From the NCBI GenBank assembly GCA_963848965.1, contig CAWKFG010000004.1, positions 608,001 through 672,000 on the forward strand: DNA of 64,000 nt. Direction: 5' to 3'. The stretch is from an uncultured bacterium. GTDB taxonomy: Bacteria > Babelota > Babeliae > Babelales > Babelaceae. Shown here piece by piece: positions 38,632 to 48,445 of this stretch (within the stretch, counting starts at the first letter, position 1; each line of letters begins with the position of its first letter). The position numbers were made by a program, and so were the translations under genes. Under the pieces are notes generated by a model. It searched no databases. It was given only the letters and a program-made list of their open reading frames with translations, and was not told the origin of the DNA.

Positions 38632-41562
38632 TTATCCTTGTATTCTTATACCAAAGTCACCTGACAGTAGCCAGCATCCGGTACCAGAGCAGTGTACCAG
38701 TTGACCTATAGAACGCGACTGATCTTCTTTTTCTAAAAATCTTATTCTTAATCCTCTTGCTGTACCGAGTATATGGCCACTACGTAAACGAGGCGCTAAT
38801 AATTCAAAAATAGGTTGTGTTTGACCATATGCACTGCGAGATACTGCAGTAAGTGCACCGTCAGTAACGATATAATTACGATAATCACTAAAATCAGCAA
38901 AAAATGTTTTTATATCCTTTATAAAGAAATCAGGATAAAGACAAACTGATGAATCTGTTACTTCTTCAGCATTAACATGTAAAGCTAAGCGGTATACTTG
39001 TGCTTGTGAAGTTCCTACATGAGCATTAAGAGCCCATACAGTTCCTCCTTGTGCAACAGTTTTTTCTGTATTATAAGGACTTATAGCAAATAACCTGCTT
39101 ATAGGACCTTCTTGGACGTTTGATCCAGCAGATTCTGGTAAAGGTACTAAGGTCCACCCAATATCAGTCTTGTCTTTTCTTATATCAACACCATTTCCCG
39201 AACGAAATAATCCATTACTTGTTGCAAGCAATGCCAATGGTCCAGAAATAATCATATCAGAAAACGAAGTTACTCCGCTCATTAGCTCTTTTGCAGCATG
39301 AGCAAGTACTACTCGTTCTAAAGTACTATTCTTTATCCCCTCTTGAGTAAGCATTACACGTTCAAGCGTTGTAGAGGTCAATACATATAAATAGTTACCT
39401 TGACTTACAAGCTTACGTACATTTTTATAAGTGCAGCACTTTTTAAATGCCATAAAAGGAGTAAGTCCTTCAAAGCCGTTCTTAAGAGTATCCCATCCAG
39501 AACCATCTATAGAAGCCTGTACCGCAATTCCTTCTGAACCCCCTACTACAAACCAACCTTGTGTTCCATCAAAGACAGTATTAACACAGGTTATGGGCCC
39601 AAGCTCTTGTAAAGCACCTCCTGAAAGTACCAATGTTTGTGCACCTGGCCTAAATAACGCTAAAGTGCCATCAATTGAACGATAGACATTCTTTTTATTA
39701 AACTCACAGGGCCCAAAACTCATATCTTTATCGCAACCTGTTTGCATAAGTACTACTTTTTGAAAGCCGGTGTATGCTGTCAGTGCAATACGCAATCCTT
39801 TAAAATTTGTAAATCCGTCACTTGTGTAAGGAAAATCAAAGATGCCCTGAACACCTCCTGCACTGCGCTTAAATTCTTTTGCAATAAACTTTTCAAGGGG
39901 CTGCACTATCTGGCCAGTACTCCACACTGTTCTTTCTACAGTACGCCCACCATGCACTATATAGGTAAAAACTCCTATATAAGGATCATAAGCAAATCCT
40001 TGTATTTTTTGTGCAGTATGAGCAGCACGTCGCCATGTAGTCCAGCCGCTAATCTTGCCTGTTTCATCAAATAAAGCCTGTGAATGAAAAATACCTGCCT
40101 GCATGTCCCCATCTTCAGCAACTGAGACGAAAATTGCATCATCAGAAACAGCGATATCTGTGATATCTCCTGGAAGTTCACTAAAAGCACCTACACGAGC
40201 TTCTGGTGAATGTGTAGTATAAAGGTCATCCGGCTGCTGTGCAAAATCTATAAATGCACGAGCTTCAAATACCTGTGGCTCTTGAGAGCTAAAGATAGTA
40301 ACCGGTTGCTTATTTTTAGAAGCTACTGTTCCATGGAACGCCGATTTAATATTATCTACTAAAGGAAGAGCAAAAACTTCACGTTTTGATGCCGTTCCCC
40401 CTACCACTATAAGATATCTTAAATGTGTTCTTGTTTGCATAGTACGTACTTTATGAATAGCACTACGGCTGTAAGCACCACGAGTACCTATAATTTTATC
40501 GAGTCCTTCTAAAGCACTATCAGGAACAATAGGAGTAAACACTAGTTTACCTTGTACAACTTGTCCTACTACAAGAGAACGTGCCCCATCATGAGCATGA
40601 GCTCCTGCTTGTACATCAAGACCAATATAAAGTCTTCCTAGACTTCTATCGTAAAACATATCTACAGCTGAACCAATTGCAGACACATCATGTTCAATTT
40701 TAACAGCGCTCGTTGTTTTATCTAGCGGAGCAGCTCTATTTCCTTGAAATGAGAACGTTCTTTCAATTTCAGGCTTCTTTGTGCCCCCTTGTGGCCCTGG
40801 TCTGCGATGATGCTGTTTTTTCTTAGGTTCTTCCTGCTGTTCTAGCTGATTTGGTGCTTTAACGATATATTCAGAAGTTCCCTTTTGAGCATCAAAAATA
40901 TCCCAAAAAAAGCGATTTTTTTTGTCTTTTATTTCCGATTTAAAGAATGCAAGAGCAATACCAGAACCATTACCATCGAAACCTCCCTGCTTATTTGCAA
41001 GAGCAACGAAAGCAGCCATCTCTTGTTGAGCTCCTCCCTCCATAGGCTCTACAGGCGCAGGCGCACTTGTAGTAACAGCAAGTACACGACCATTGGTATT
41101 TCTACGAGCATCTGCAAGAGGAAGAGAAGCTGTTACAACCACACGATTTACTTGAGGATTACTTTCATACATAAAATGATCAACACAATAAAGTGATGAG
41201 TCACCCTTTTTTACAACGATAGGCCGCATACCTAACATCGCTATATGAGCAATCGCAGCGCCATAGAGAGGATTATGCTGTCTCTTCTTATTATTAAGCA
41301 CTACATACCGCGGAGTAATACCAGTAAGCAATGGTATAGTTTTTCCTCTCTCTGTTACGGTAATTGCATAGGCATTATCTTTTATAGCCTCTTGAGCTCC
41401 AAAATAGCTGCGCCCATCAGGAATATAAAATGCATGCGATCCATTAGCATAAGAGAAGGTTTCTTCTGTATGTGTAGGATCAGTAAACAATTTTTCTGTT
41501 GCATAACTTATGGTACCTAATGAGTATATAAAAATAAAGGAAATAAGATGAATATATATCAT
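38632..41562 (-). CDS. Large secreted beta-rich (possibly propeller) protein
   Basis: 976-aa ORF with signal peptide; LLATSNGLFRS and WFVVGG blade-like motifs. Confidence 0.6.
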   Translation of the reverse strand: MIYIHLISFIFIYSLGTISYATEKLFTDPTHTEETFSYANGSHAFYIPDGRSYFGAQEAIKDNAYAITVTERGKTIPLLTGITPRYVVLNNKKRQHNPLYGAAIAHIAMLGMRPIVVKKGDSSLYCVDHFMYESNPQVNRVVVTASLPLADARRNTNGRVLAVTTSAPAPVEPMEGGAQQEMAAFVALANKQGGFDGNGSGIALAFFKSEIKDKKNRFFWDIFDAQKGTSEYIVKAPNQLEQQEEPKKKQHHRRPGPQGGTKKPEIERTFSFQGNRAAPLDKTTSAVKIEHDVSAIGSAVDMFYDRSLGRLYIGLDVQAGAHAHDGARSLVVGQVVQGKLVFTPIVPDSALEGLDKIIGTRGAYSRSAIHKVRTMQTRTHLRYLIVVGGTASKREVFALPLVDNIKSAFHGTVASKNKQPVTIFSSQEPQVFEARAFIDFAQQPDDLYTTHSPEARVGAFSELPGDITDIAVSDDAIFVSVAEDGDMQAGIFHSQALFDETGKISGWTTWRRAAHTAQKIQGFAYDPYIGVFTYIVHGGRTVERTVWSTGQIVQPLEKFIAKEFKRSAGGVQGIFDFPYTSDGFTNFKGLRIALTAYTGFQKVVLMQTGCDKDMSFGPCEFNKKNVYRSIDGTLALFRPGAQTLVLSGGALQELGPITCVNTVFDGTQGWFVVGGSEGIAVQASIDGSGWDTLKNGFEGLTPFMAFKKCCTYKNVRKLVSQGNYLYVLTSTTLERVMLTQEGIKNSTLERVVLAHAAKELMSGVTSFSDMIISGPLALLATSNGLFRSGNGVDIRKDKTDIGWTLVPLPESAGSNVQEGPISRLFAISPYNTEKTVAQGGTVWALNAHVGTSQAQVYRLALHVNAEEVTDSSVCLYPDFFIKDIKTFFADFSDYRNYIVTDGALTAVSRSAYGQTQPIFELLAPRLRSGHILGTARGLRIRFLEKEDQSRSIGQLVHCSGTGCWLLSGDFGIRIQG

Positions 41563-41730
41563 GAGCTGGCCCCTAGCGTAACCCGTAATTTTGTACGCTC
41601 AAAGTCTACACCAAAAAGAGAACTTTCACCAGGTCGAAAAGCATAAAAGAGCACCAGTTTTTTAAATATTAAAAATATGGTAATATTTAATTAAATAGAA
41701 AACGCTCTTTTTGCAAAAAGAGATTTTTAT

Positions 41731-43263
41731 ATGCATACTAAAATTTTTTCCGCTACTACTATTGGAGTACATACACATACCGTTGAGGTAGAAGTTGACC
41801 TTACGTATGGATTACTCCAATTTTTTATTGTAGGTCTTCCAGATACTGCTATTAAAGAAAGCAGGCAACGAGTACAAACAGCTTTAAAGAATTGCGACCT
41901 TAAACTCCCTGAACGTAAAATTACTGTCAATCTAGCACCTGCAGATCTTAAAAAAGAAGGTACTACCTTCGATCTTGCAATCGCGCTTGGTATTCTTCAT
42001 GCTGCTGGCACGGTTGCTATTGATCTGCTGTTTCTACAAGAAACGTTTTTTTTAGGTGAACTTTCACTCGATGGTACCATAAAACCAATTAAAGGAGCAT
42101 TACCTATTGCGTATGATGCACCTGCACTTGGCAAAAAGCGTGTTATACTCCCTCTACAAAATGCGCAAGAAGCAGCGTTACCAGGACATATAGAGGTTAT
42201 TGGAGTTCAAACATTACAGGAACTTCTTGGGTATTTACGCAAAGAGATTGTTCTTACTCCTACTCAAGCTGCTTGTCCTTCACAATTGACAAGAGAGATA
42301 AACAAAGATTTTCAGCAAGTAAAAGGACAAACCGTTGCAAAACGTGCATTACAAATTGCAGCTGCAGGACGCCATAATATTCTTTTTATAGGATCTCCAG
42401 GTTCTGGTAAAACAATGCTTGCAGAGCGTCTTTCTAGTATTATGCCACCGATGACGTTTGATGAAATTCTGCAAACAAGCAAAGTATATTCAATAAGCGG
42501 CAAACTTGATAAAAAACCACTTGTTACAGAACGGCCCTTTAGAAATCCACATCATACTATTTCACAAGCAGGATTAGTAGGAGGAGGTACCTACCCACAG
42601 CCAGGAGAAATCAGCTTAGCACACAATGGTATCCTCTTTTTAGACGAGCTTACAGAATTTAAGCGAGAAGTACTCGAAGTATTACGACAACCACTAGAAG
42701 AACAGACCGTATGTATTGCCAGAGCTCAACAAACAATACGCTTTCCTGCATCATTTATGCTTGTAGCAGCATTAAATCCTTGTCCCTGTGGATTTTTAGG
42801 AGACAAACGCAAACAATGTATATGTACTCAACAACAAGTTAAGCGATATGTCGCAAAAATTTCAGGACCTCTGCTTGATCGTATAGATCTTCAGGTACCT
42901 GTACCTTCAATTGATTATGATACAATTGTAGATACTACAGTACCACACACAAGTTCGCAAGAGCTGTATACCGCTGTCGAACAAGCAGTTGAGATACAAA
43001 GAACAAGAAACGAAGGCCTATGGAATGTACATTTACCTGCACAGATGATTGAAGTCCACTGCGCTCTATCACCATCGTGTAAAAGCTTAGTAAAAAAAGC
43101 ATTTGATAAATTGCATTTGACTATGCGCGGCTATCATAAGCTATTACGTATAACGCGCACTATTGCAGATCTAGAAAAAAGTGAAACCATTCAAGAACAT
43201 CACTTAAAAGAAGCCCTTTCTTATCGGTCTTTAGATCACTCATTAGAAAGAGAGACGCTATGA
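41731..43263 (+). CDS. comM: YifB/ComM Mg-chelatase-like AAA ATPase
   Basis: VGLPD..IKES, NLAPADLKKEG, GSPGSGKTMLA, RPFRNPHH, PGEISLAHNG. Confidence 0.93.
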   Translation: MHTKIFSATTIGVHTHTVEVEVDLTYGLLQFFIVGLPDTAIKESRQRVQTALKNCDLKLPERKITVNLAPADLKKEGTTFDLAIALGILHAAGTVAIDLLFLQETFFLGELSLDGTIKPIKGALPIAYDAPALGKKRVILPLQNAQEAALPGHIEVIGVQTLQELLGYLRKEIVLTPTQAACPSQLTREINKDFQQVKGQTVAKRALQIAAAGRHNILFIGSPGSGKTMLAERLSSIMPPMTFDEILQTSKVYSISGKLDKKPLVTERPFRNPHHTISQAGLVGGGTYPQPGEISLAHNGILFLDELTEFKREVLEVLRQPLEEQTVCIARAQQTIRFPASFMLVAALNPCPCGFLGDKRKQCICTQQQVKRYVAKISGPLLDRIDLQVPVPSIDYDTIVDTTVPHTSSQELYTAVEQAVEIQRTRNEGLWNVHLPAQMIEVHCALSPSCKSLVKKAFDKLHLTMRGYHKLLRITRTIADLEKSETIQEHHLKEALSYRSLDHSLERETL

Positions 43264-43631
43264 TAAGTGTTGGCATTGATGCAGTAGAAATAGAACGGTT
43301 TAAAGATTGGCATACTTATTCAGTAAAAAAGTTGCATCGCCTCTTTACAGAAAAAGAAATTGCCTATTGTATAAGTATTCCAGAAAAAGCTGCTGAACGT
43401 TTTGCTGTACGTTTTGCTGCTAAAGAAGCCTTTTACAAAGCTCTGAGCTCTCTTCATGAGACACCTTTGTCTTTTCTTAAAGTTTGTAAATACACTGAAG
43501 TACAAAAGAAACTACATGGAGCAGCTTTTCTTTCTGTTGATTGGAAAGCTTTAAGATTGGCTCCTTATGCTTTATCTTGTTCTCTTTCACATACAAATAC
43601 CACAGCTCTAGCAGTTGTCATTATGTCCTAA
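43260..43631 (+). CDS. acpS: Holo-ACP synthase
   Basis: VGIDAVEIERF, FT.KEIAYC, RFAAKEAFYKA, SLSH. Confidence 0.92.
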   Translation: MISVGIDAVEIERFKDWHTYSVKKLHRLFTEKEIAYCISIPEKAAERFAVRFAAKEAFYKALSSLHETPLSFLKVCKYTEVQKKLHGAAFLSVDWKALRLAPYALSCSLSHTNTTALAVVIMS

Positions 43632-43742
43632 AACTCTCTATTAAAAAATAAATAGACTCATCTGCCAATAAATTATTGCTATTTTTTTATAATTTTTTGT
43701 ATTATAGAGTGTAGTTTAAATAATTTAATTAAGGAGCTATGT

Positions 43743-44636
43743 ATGTACTATATATTACTTTTTTTTACTCTTTTGGCACATATGGCACTTCAAGGCATGG
43801 AGCAGGAGCAAGGAATCAAAGGCTTTTTGAGTTTATTGTCTCCAGATTTAAAATCTGAACTTACAAAATACGCTGATACCAAGGTAGACCTTTTACCTAA
43901 AGAGCTTCAAGCAGAACTTGTTCAGTTCCTTGTGGGACGGGCTGCCCAACCATTTGTTAAGCTGGATTGGCAAGAGCTTATAGAACTTGCGCGTAATCTT
44001 AAACCCATTTTCTTGCAAGCAACAGATGCAAAGAAGATTGATCAGATTTTTTCCCAAGCGGGTTTTGGAATGCCTGAGAAAGGTAAAATCGCTGGTTCAG
44101 TAAAGTATGATATATATGGTGCTTATTTGATCGCTTCTGTTTTAAATATACCTGCAGTAACTGCGTGGTTAAAAGATCAATTGAAAAAGAGTGCAGAATG
44201 GACATGGAACGCGCAAAGCGTACTCGTAGATATCGTACGTGAACTGGGCAAGTTAAAGCAGGAAGGAGTAAAGGGGACAGTTCTTTCAGAAAAACAAAAA
44301 GAGCTTGTATCAACTTTAGAAAATAGTATAAAAACCCTCCTTGCACTAGGCGTCAATGTTAATAGTTATCATTCTCCACTGTACCCAGTTTCTCCCTTGG
44401 CAGCGGCAGCAGGTACTGCTGACTTTGAAACCGTACGTCTTTTAGTAAATCACGGTGCAAATGTAAATTATCATTATATACGAGAATCTGGGGTATCAAG
44501 ATATGACAGAGGACCTACTCCCTTAGAAACAGCCTTAATGGGTCAGCATGATGCAAGACAAAATCATCAAGAAGAGCTTGTAAAAAAGTTTGACGAAATC
44601 ATTAAGTACTTAAAGAGTAAAGGGGCTGTCGAATAA
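43743..44636 (+). CDS. Secreted ankyrin protein, family B (tandem F-box-like motifs)
   Basis: Signal peptide then GME; FLSLLSPDL and VDLLPKEL; IPAVTAWL shared with the 25494 and 26466 proteins. Confidence 0.8.
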   Translation: MYYILLFFTLLAHMALQGMEQEQGIKGFLSLLSPDLKSELTKYADTKVDLLPKELQAELVQFLVGRAAQPFVKLDWQELIELARNLKPIFLQATDAKKIDQIFSQAGFGMPEKGKIAGSVKYDIYGAYLIASVLNIPAVTAWLKDQLKKSAEWTWNAQSVLVDIVRELGKLKQEGVKGTVLSEKQKELVSTLENSIKTLLALGVNVNSYHSPLYPVSPLAAAAGTADFETVRLLVNHGANVNYHYIRESGVSRYDRGPTPLETALMGQHDARQNHQEELVKKFDEIIKYLKSKGAVE

Positions 44637-44782
44637 AGCACATTGTTTAGGCCAAATTTCAAGGTATTACCGTAAGATTTGGCCATACTTTATTCCAATC
44701 TTCTAATTTTTTCATATATTTCGTAGAGCTACTTAAAAGTACAGCGCAAAATGACGACAATTTGTATACCCTTTTCTCTACC

Positions 44783-46558
44783 TTAGGCTGTTTTCTCTTT
44801 ACTTACAATAAAGCCTTTAACTATAAGCTGCAATAGAATAGCATTATCGTCTGTTTGTGCAATCTTTTTAATAAGGTCTATGCCTGGCCGCGCTCCTGCT
44901 TGTATAAGTCTATGAGCTAGTTCCTTATTTTCTTTCTTTAAAGCATAAGCAAGTGCTGATTTACCTTCTGCATCACAAATATTGATTGCTCTTTCTGCCT
45001 TTTCTAATTCTTGTTTAAGAGCAGCTTGTTTTACAGGATTTGTCTCTTGCTTTAAGAGAGTACTTATATCTTTTATTTTTCTTTCATAGGCTTGAGCAAG
45101 AAGTTGTACAGCATCTTTATGACCATACATAATAGCATATATTAACGCTGTACGACCCTGAGGATCTTGAGCATTAAGATACCATAATGGTATATCTACT
45201 CTTAGCAGCTGTTCTAATGCTTCTTTATGTCCAAGCATACTCGCCCACATTAGTACTGTCATATGAAAGCAGTGCGTATGATCACCCGTTTCTTTTTGTA
45301 GCAAATAGTGTGTTGAAGGGTTAACCTGACACAATCTGATGTATTTACTCTTTTCAAAACAATGCTCTCTATGCCATTGTGCATAAGATACCGGTTCACT
45401 TCTATAAAGATCTAGTACCGGTAGACTATAACAAGCGTTTAAAAGTAGTCGACTTTCTGCTGGAAGAGCACCAAAGCGCGGTACTCTATTCATATCATCA
45501 CGTGTAAACTTTGCTGAGTGCTTAAGAAGTAAAGCTACAACCTCTGGATCTGATGCTTGCATTAAAGCAGTTTCCATAGAAGCAGAATTGTCGCGCATAT
45601 TAACATCAGCTCCTGCCTCTATAAGCATTTCTGCCATTTGTCTAGATCCTTTACTTGCAGCAACCATTAAAGCACTTCTACCATTCTTATCCTGAATATC
45701 AACACGAGCACCACGAGTTATAAGTATCTTAGCTACTTGCTGATGACCATGTCTTACTGCCAGCTCTAAAGCACTAGTTCCAAATTCATCTTGAGCATTA
45801 ACATTTGCTCCTGCAGCTATTAGTAGCTCTGCGAGCTCTTCAAATCCCTTATCTCCTCCTTTTAGAATATCATGCTCTTTAAGACTATAACTTGCTGCTT
45901 CCATTAATGCAGGATCACCCTTACTACTTTGAGCATTAACATCAGCACCATGAGCTAGGAGTAATTTTACCACTTTTTTAAATCCATACCTTGTAGCAAT
46001 TCTTAAAGGTGATTCGCCATTACGATCTTCCACATTAACAAGGGCACCTGCCTTAAGAAGTATCTTTGTTATTTCTTCATCACCATCCCACATTGCAAAT
46101 AGTACAGCAGTTTGCCCATCACTATGAGCTTGTATGTTAACGTCTGCCTTTTGCTCTATCAATATATTTATTACTTCTTTATAGACACCCTTAGCACAAT
46201 ATTTCACCATAGATCTTACGGCATATATCAAAGCGGTCCAGCCATAAGTATCTTGAGCATTAACATGAGCACCGTGGGCTATAAGGAGCCTTACCAGCTC
46301 TTTGTGCCCCTTTTTTGCAGCTAGCAGAAGAGCAGTGCGTCCTTTATCATCAGATACCTCAATAGCAGCTCCTTTTTCTAAAAGCCTTAGAACTTCAATG
46401 CAATCTCCCCTTTGAGCAGTTTCTAATAAAGCTTTATCACTGCTATTTTCTCTTTTAACTCTCTTAGCTTGTATCTTTTCATCTTCGTACTCTCTTTTCA
46501 TTGCCTCTGTAGAGAGAAAGACACTTATACAACACAATGCAAAAAACACTTTATACAT
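44783..46558 (-). CDS. Secreted ankyrin-repeat protein
   Basis: Signal peptide then AMK; basic KRVKR; many ankyrin repeats; TVLMWASM block. Confidence 0.92.
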   Translation of the reverse strand: MYKVFFALCCISVFLSTEAMKREYEDEKIQAKRVKRENSSDKALLETAQRGDCIEVLRLLEKGAAIEVSDDKGRTALLLAAKKGHKELVRLLIAHGAHVNAQDTYGWTALIYAVRSMVKYCAKGVYKEVINILIEQKADVNIQAHSDGQTAVLFAMWDGDEEITKILLKAGALVNVEDRNGESPLRIATRYGFKKVVKLLLAHGADVNAQSSKGDPALMEAASYSLKEHDILKGGDKGFEELAELLIAAGANVNAQDEFGTSALELAVRHGHQQVAKILITRGARVDIQDKNGRSALMVAASKGSRQMAEMLIEAGADVNMRDNSASMETALMQASDPEVVALLLKHSAKFTRDDMNRVPRFGALPAESRLLLNACYSLPVLDLYRSEPVSYAQWHREHCFEKSKYIRLCQVNPSTHYLLQKETGDHTHCFHMTVLMWASMLGHKEALEQLLRVDIPLWYLNAQDPQGRTALIYAIMYGHKDAVQLLAQAYERKIKDISTLLKQETNPVKQAALKQELEKAERAINICDAEGKSALAYALKKENKELAHRLIQAGARPGIDLIKKIAQTDDNAILLQLIVKGFIVSKEKTA

Positions 46559-46804
46559 AATTTACCTTTTAATAAAATTAAATCTTATTAACCAATTATA
46601 ATAAATTTTCAAAAATAGTATATTCATAAAATATAAGAAAGCCCTCTCAAGAGCTTATTTTTTCCCCTTTTGCAAAAAGGCAAAACAGCTCTTATTCTAA
46701 AACGCTCAATATGTCGATATACAGCAAAAAATTTGACAAATCATAAAAATCATTTAAACTTAGTAATGTATAGGTAATACACCTAGAAAATTCAAAAGAT
46801 TCAT

Positions 46805-46881
<77 letters not shown>

Positions 46882-46918
46882 ATTTCTCTTCCTTAATGAT
46901 ACATCTTTAGGAATTACA

Positions 46919-47488
46919 GTGAAAAACTCACTTCTTTTTGTTACTACAAATACTGGTAAATTTGAAGAAGTTACACGCTGGATCAATCAACTAAATCCAA
47001 CTATTATACTTGAACAAGCTTCTTTAGATATCTCAGAACCCCAAAGTCTTGATATCCATACAGTTGCCCTTGCAAAAGCGCAAGAGGCCTGGAAACTCCT
47101 AAAAAAACCACTTCTTATAGATGATGGTGGTATCTACATTGAAAAGTATAATAACTTTCCGGGAACGCTTGCTAAATATGTGTTTGAAGGGATAGGACTT
47201 GAAGGTATATGGACACTGGCTAAAGAAGATCCACGTACCTACTTTTTAAGCTGTCTTACCTATCTTGAACATCCATGCTCTTACCAATTTTTTGAAGGAA
47301 GATGTTATGGAAAGCTCATTGAGCCTCAACATGAAGTAAAAAGTAAGCACTTGCCTTATACTGAGATTTTTATACCTGATGGTAGTACAAAAACACTTTC
47401 AGAGCTTCGTGGTACAGAAGAAGAAAAAGCATTTCACCACAGGTTTAAAGCACTACAAGTACTTCTTTCTTGGCTTAAACATCATTAA
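46919..47488 (+). CDS. rdgB: Non-canonical purine NTP pyrophosphatase (RdgB/HAM1)
   Basis: FVTTNTGKF.E, KA..A, DDGG...FPG, F.PDG.TKT, HHRFKAL. Confidence 0.85.
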   Translation: MKNSLLFVTTNTGKFEEVTRWINQLNPTIILEQASLDISEPQSLDIHTVALAKAQEAWKLLKKPLLIDDGGIYIEKYNNFPGTLAKYVFEGIGLEGIWTLAKEDPRTYFLSCLTYLEHPCSYQFFEGRCYGKLIEPQHEVKSKHLPYTEIFIPDGSTKTLSELRGTEEEKAFHHRFKALQVLLSWLKHH

Positions 47489-47919
47489 CTACGATGAAGA
47501 GATAAAAATTTATCAGCCATTCGTAATATTTGTTGAGCATTCGTATAGGTTAACTGCTTAACTGCTTCACGAAGAGGAAGCCACTTAAAATATAAGTGTT
47601 CTGACGAAAGAGTTACCTCTTTTGTAGAAGCTTTTCCTACAAAGTAAGTTACTGTTTTATATACAAGCTCATTAGTATGATCTTTAAAAATGTAGGATAA
47701 TTTTTGCTCAAAGCCTGGATGTACTTCTACCGTTAATCCAGTTTCTTCACGAAGTTCCCTTACTGCAGCTTCTTCATTGGTTTCTGAACTTTCTAACTTC
47801 CCTTTAGGAAGATCCCAATAGCCTCGTCGTGAATGTAAAATAAGATAATTACGCTGAATCTGGTCATTAACTATCTCATTATAATAGGTAATAATACCTG
47901 CTGAATATTCGTTTTTCAT
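47485..47919 (-). CDS. Nudix hydrolase (Ap4A hydrolase-like)
   Basis: EYSAG, WDLPKGKLE..ET..EAAVRELREETGL, LSSEH. Confidence 0.88.
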   Translation of the reverse strand: MKNEYSAGIITYYNEIVNDQIQRNYLILHSRRGYWDLPKGKLESSETNEEAAVRELREETGLTVEVHPGFEQKLSYIFKDHTNELVYKTVTYFVGKASTKEVTLSSEHLYFKWLPLREAVKQLTYTNAQQILRMADKFLSLHRS

Positions 47920-48003
47920 GATTGTCCGCTGTAATCAAAAGTTTATGACATTGAGTAGTTAGTATACCAATGCAAAACAGAGTGATCAACAGCTCTATTG
48001 TTT

Positions 48004-48426
48004 TTATACAGCATGTTGCTCTAAAAACTGGTCTGCTTTACTTACAGCCTCTCTATCTTTTTCATACGTCAAATGTATAACAGCATCATGAAGAGCAAGC
48101 CACTTAAAATCTTCATGTTCATCAGACAGCACAACATCAGTACTCAAAGCCCGTCCTACAAAGAAGGTAACCTCTTTGCGTATAAGCTGCCGAGATTTAT
48201 CTCTAAAAATATAGGAATGAGATTCTTCAAACCCAGAGCGGACTTGAGCTTCAAGTCCAGTTTCCTCTTTAAGCTCACGATGAGCTGCCTGTATCTTTGT
48301 TTCACCATGTTCTACTCTTCCTTTAGGAAGTCCCCAATATTGTGGATGGTAACACAAGATAAGATACTTTCGTATCCCATCAATTTCGTGATACACAATA
48401 ATGCCAGCTGAATACTCTTGTTTCAT
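48004..48426 (-). CDS. Nudix hydrolase (Ap4A hydrolase-like), tandem paralog
   Basis: EYSAG, WGLPKGRVE.GET..QAAHRELKEETGL, LSDEH. Confidence 0.88.
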   Translation of the reverse strand: MKQEYSAGIIVYHEIDGIRKYLILCYHPQYWGLPKGRVEHGETKIQAAHRELKEETGLEAQVRSGFEESHSYIFRDKSRQLIRKEVTFFVGRALSTDVVLSDEHEDFKWLALHDAVIHLTYEKDREAVSKADQFLEQHAV

Positions 48427-48445
48427 GTTTAAACCTTAATTATTA

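Noticed and set aside
41705..41722. Perfect palindrome ctctttttgcaaaaagag before comM (similar sequence at 46666-46680)
   Set aside because: TTTTGCAAAA cores are expected by chance in this AT-rich DNA; insufficient evidence for a regulon
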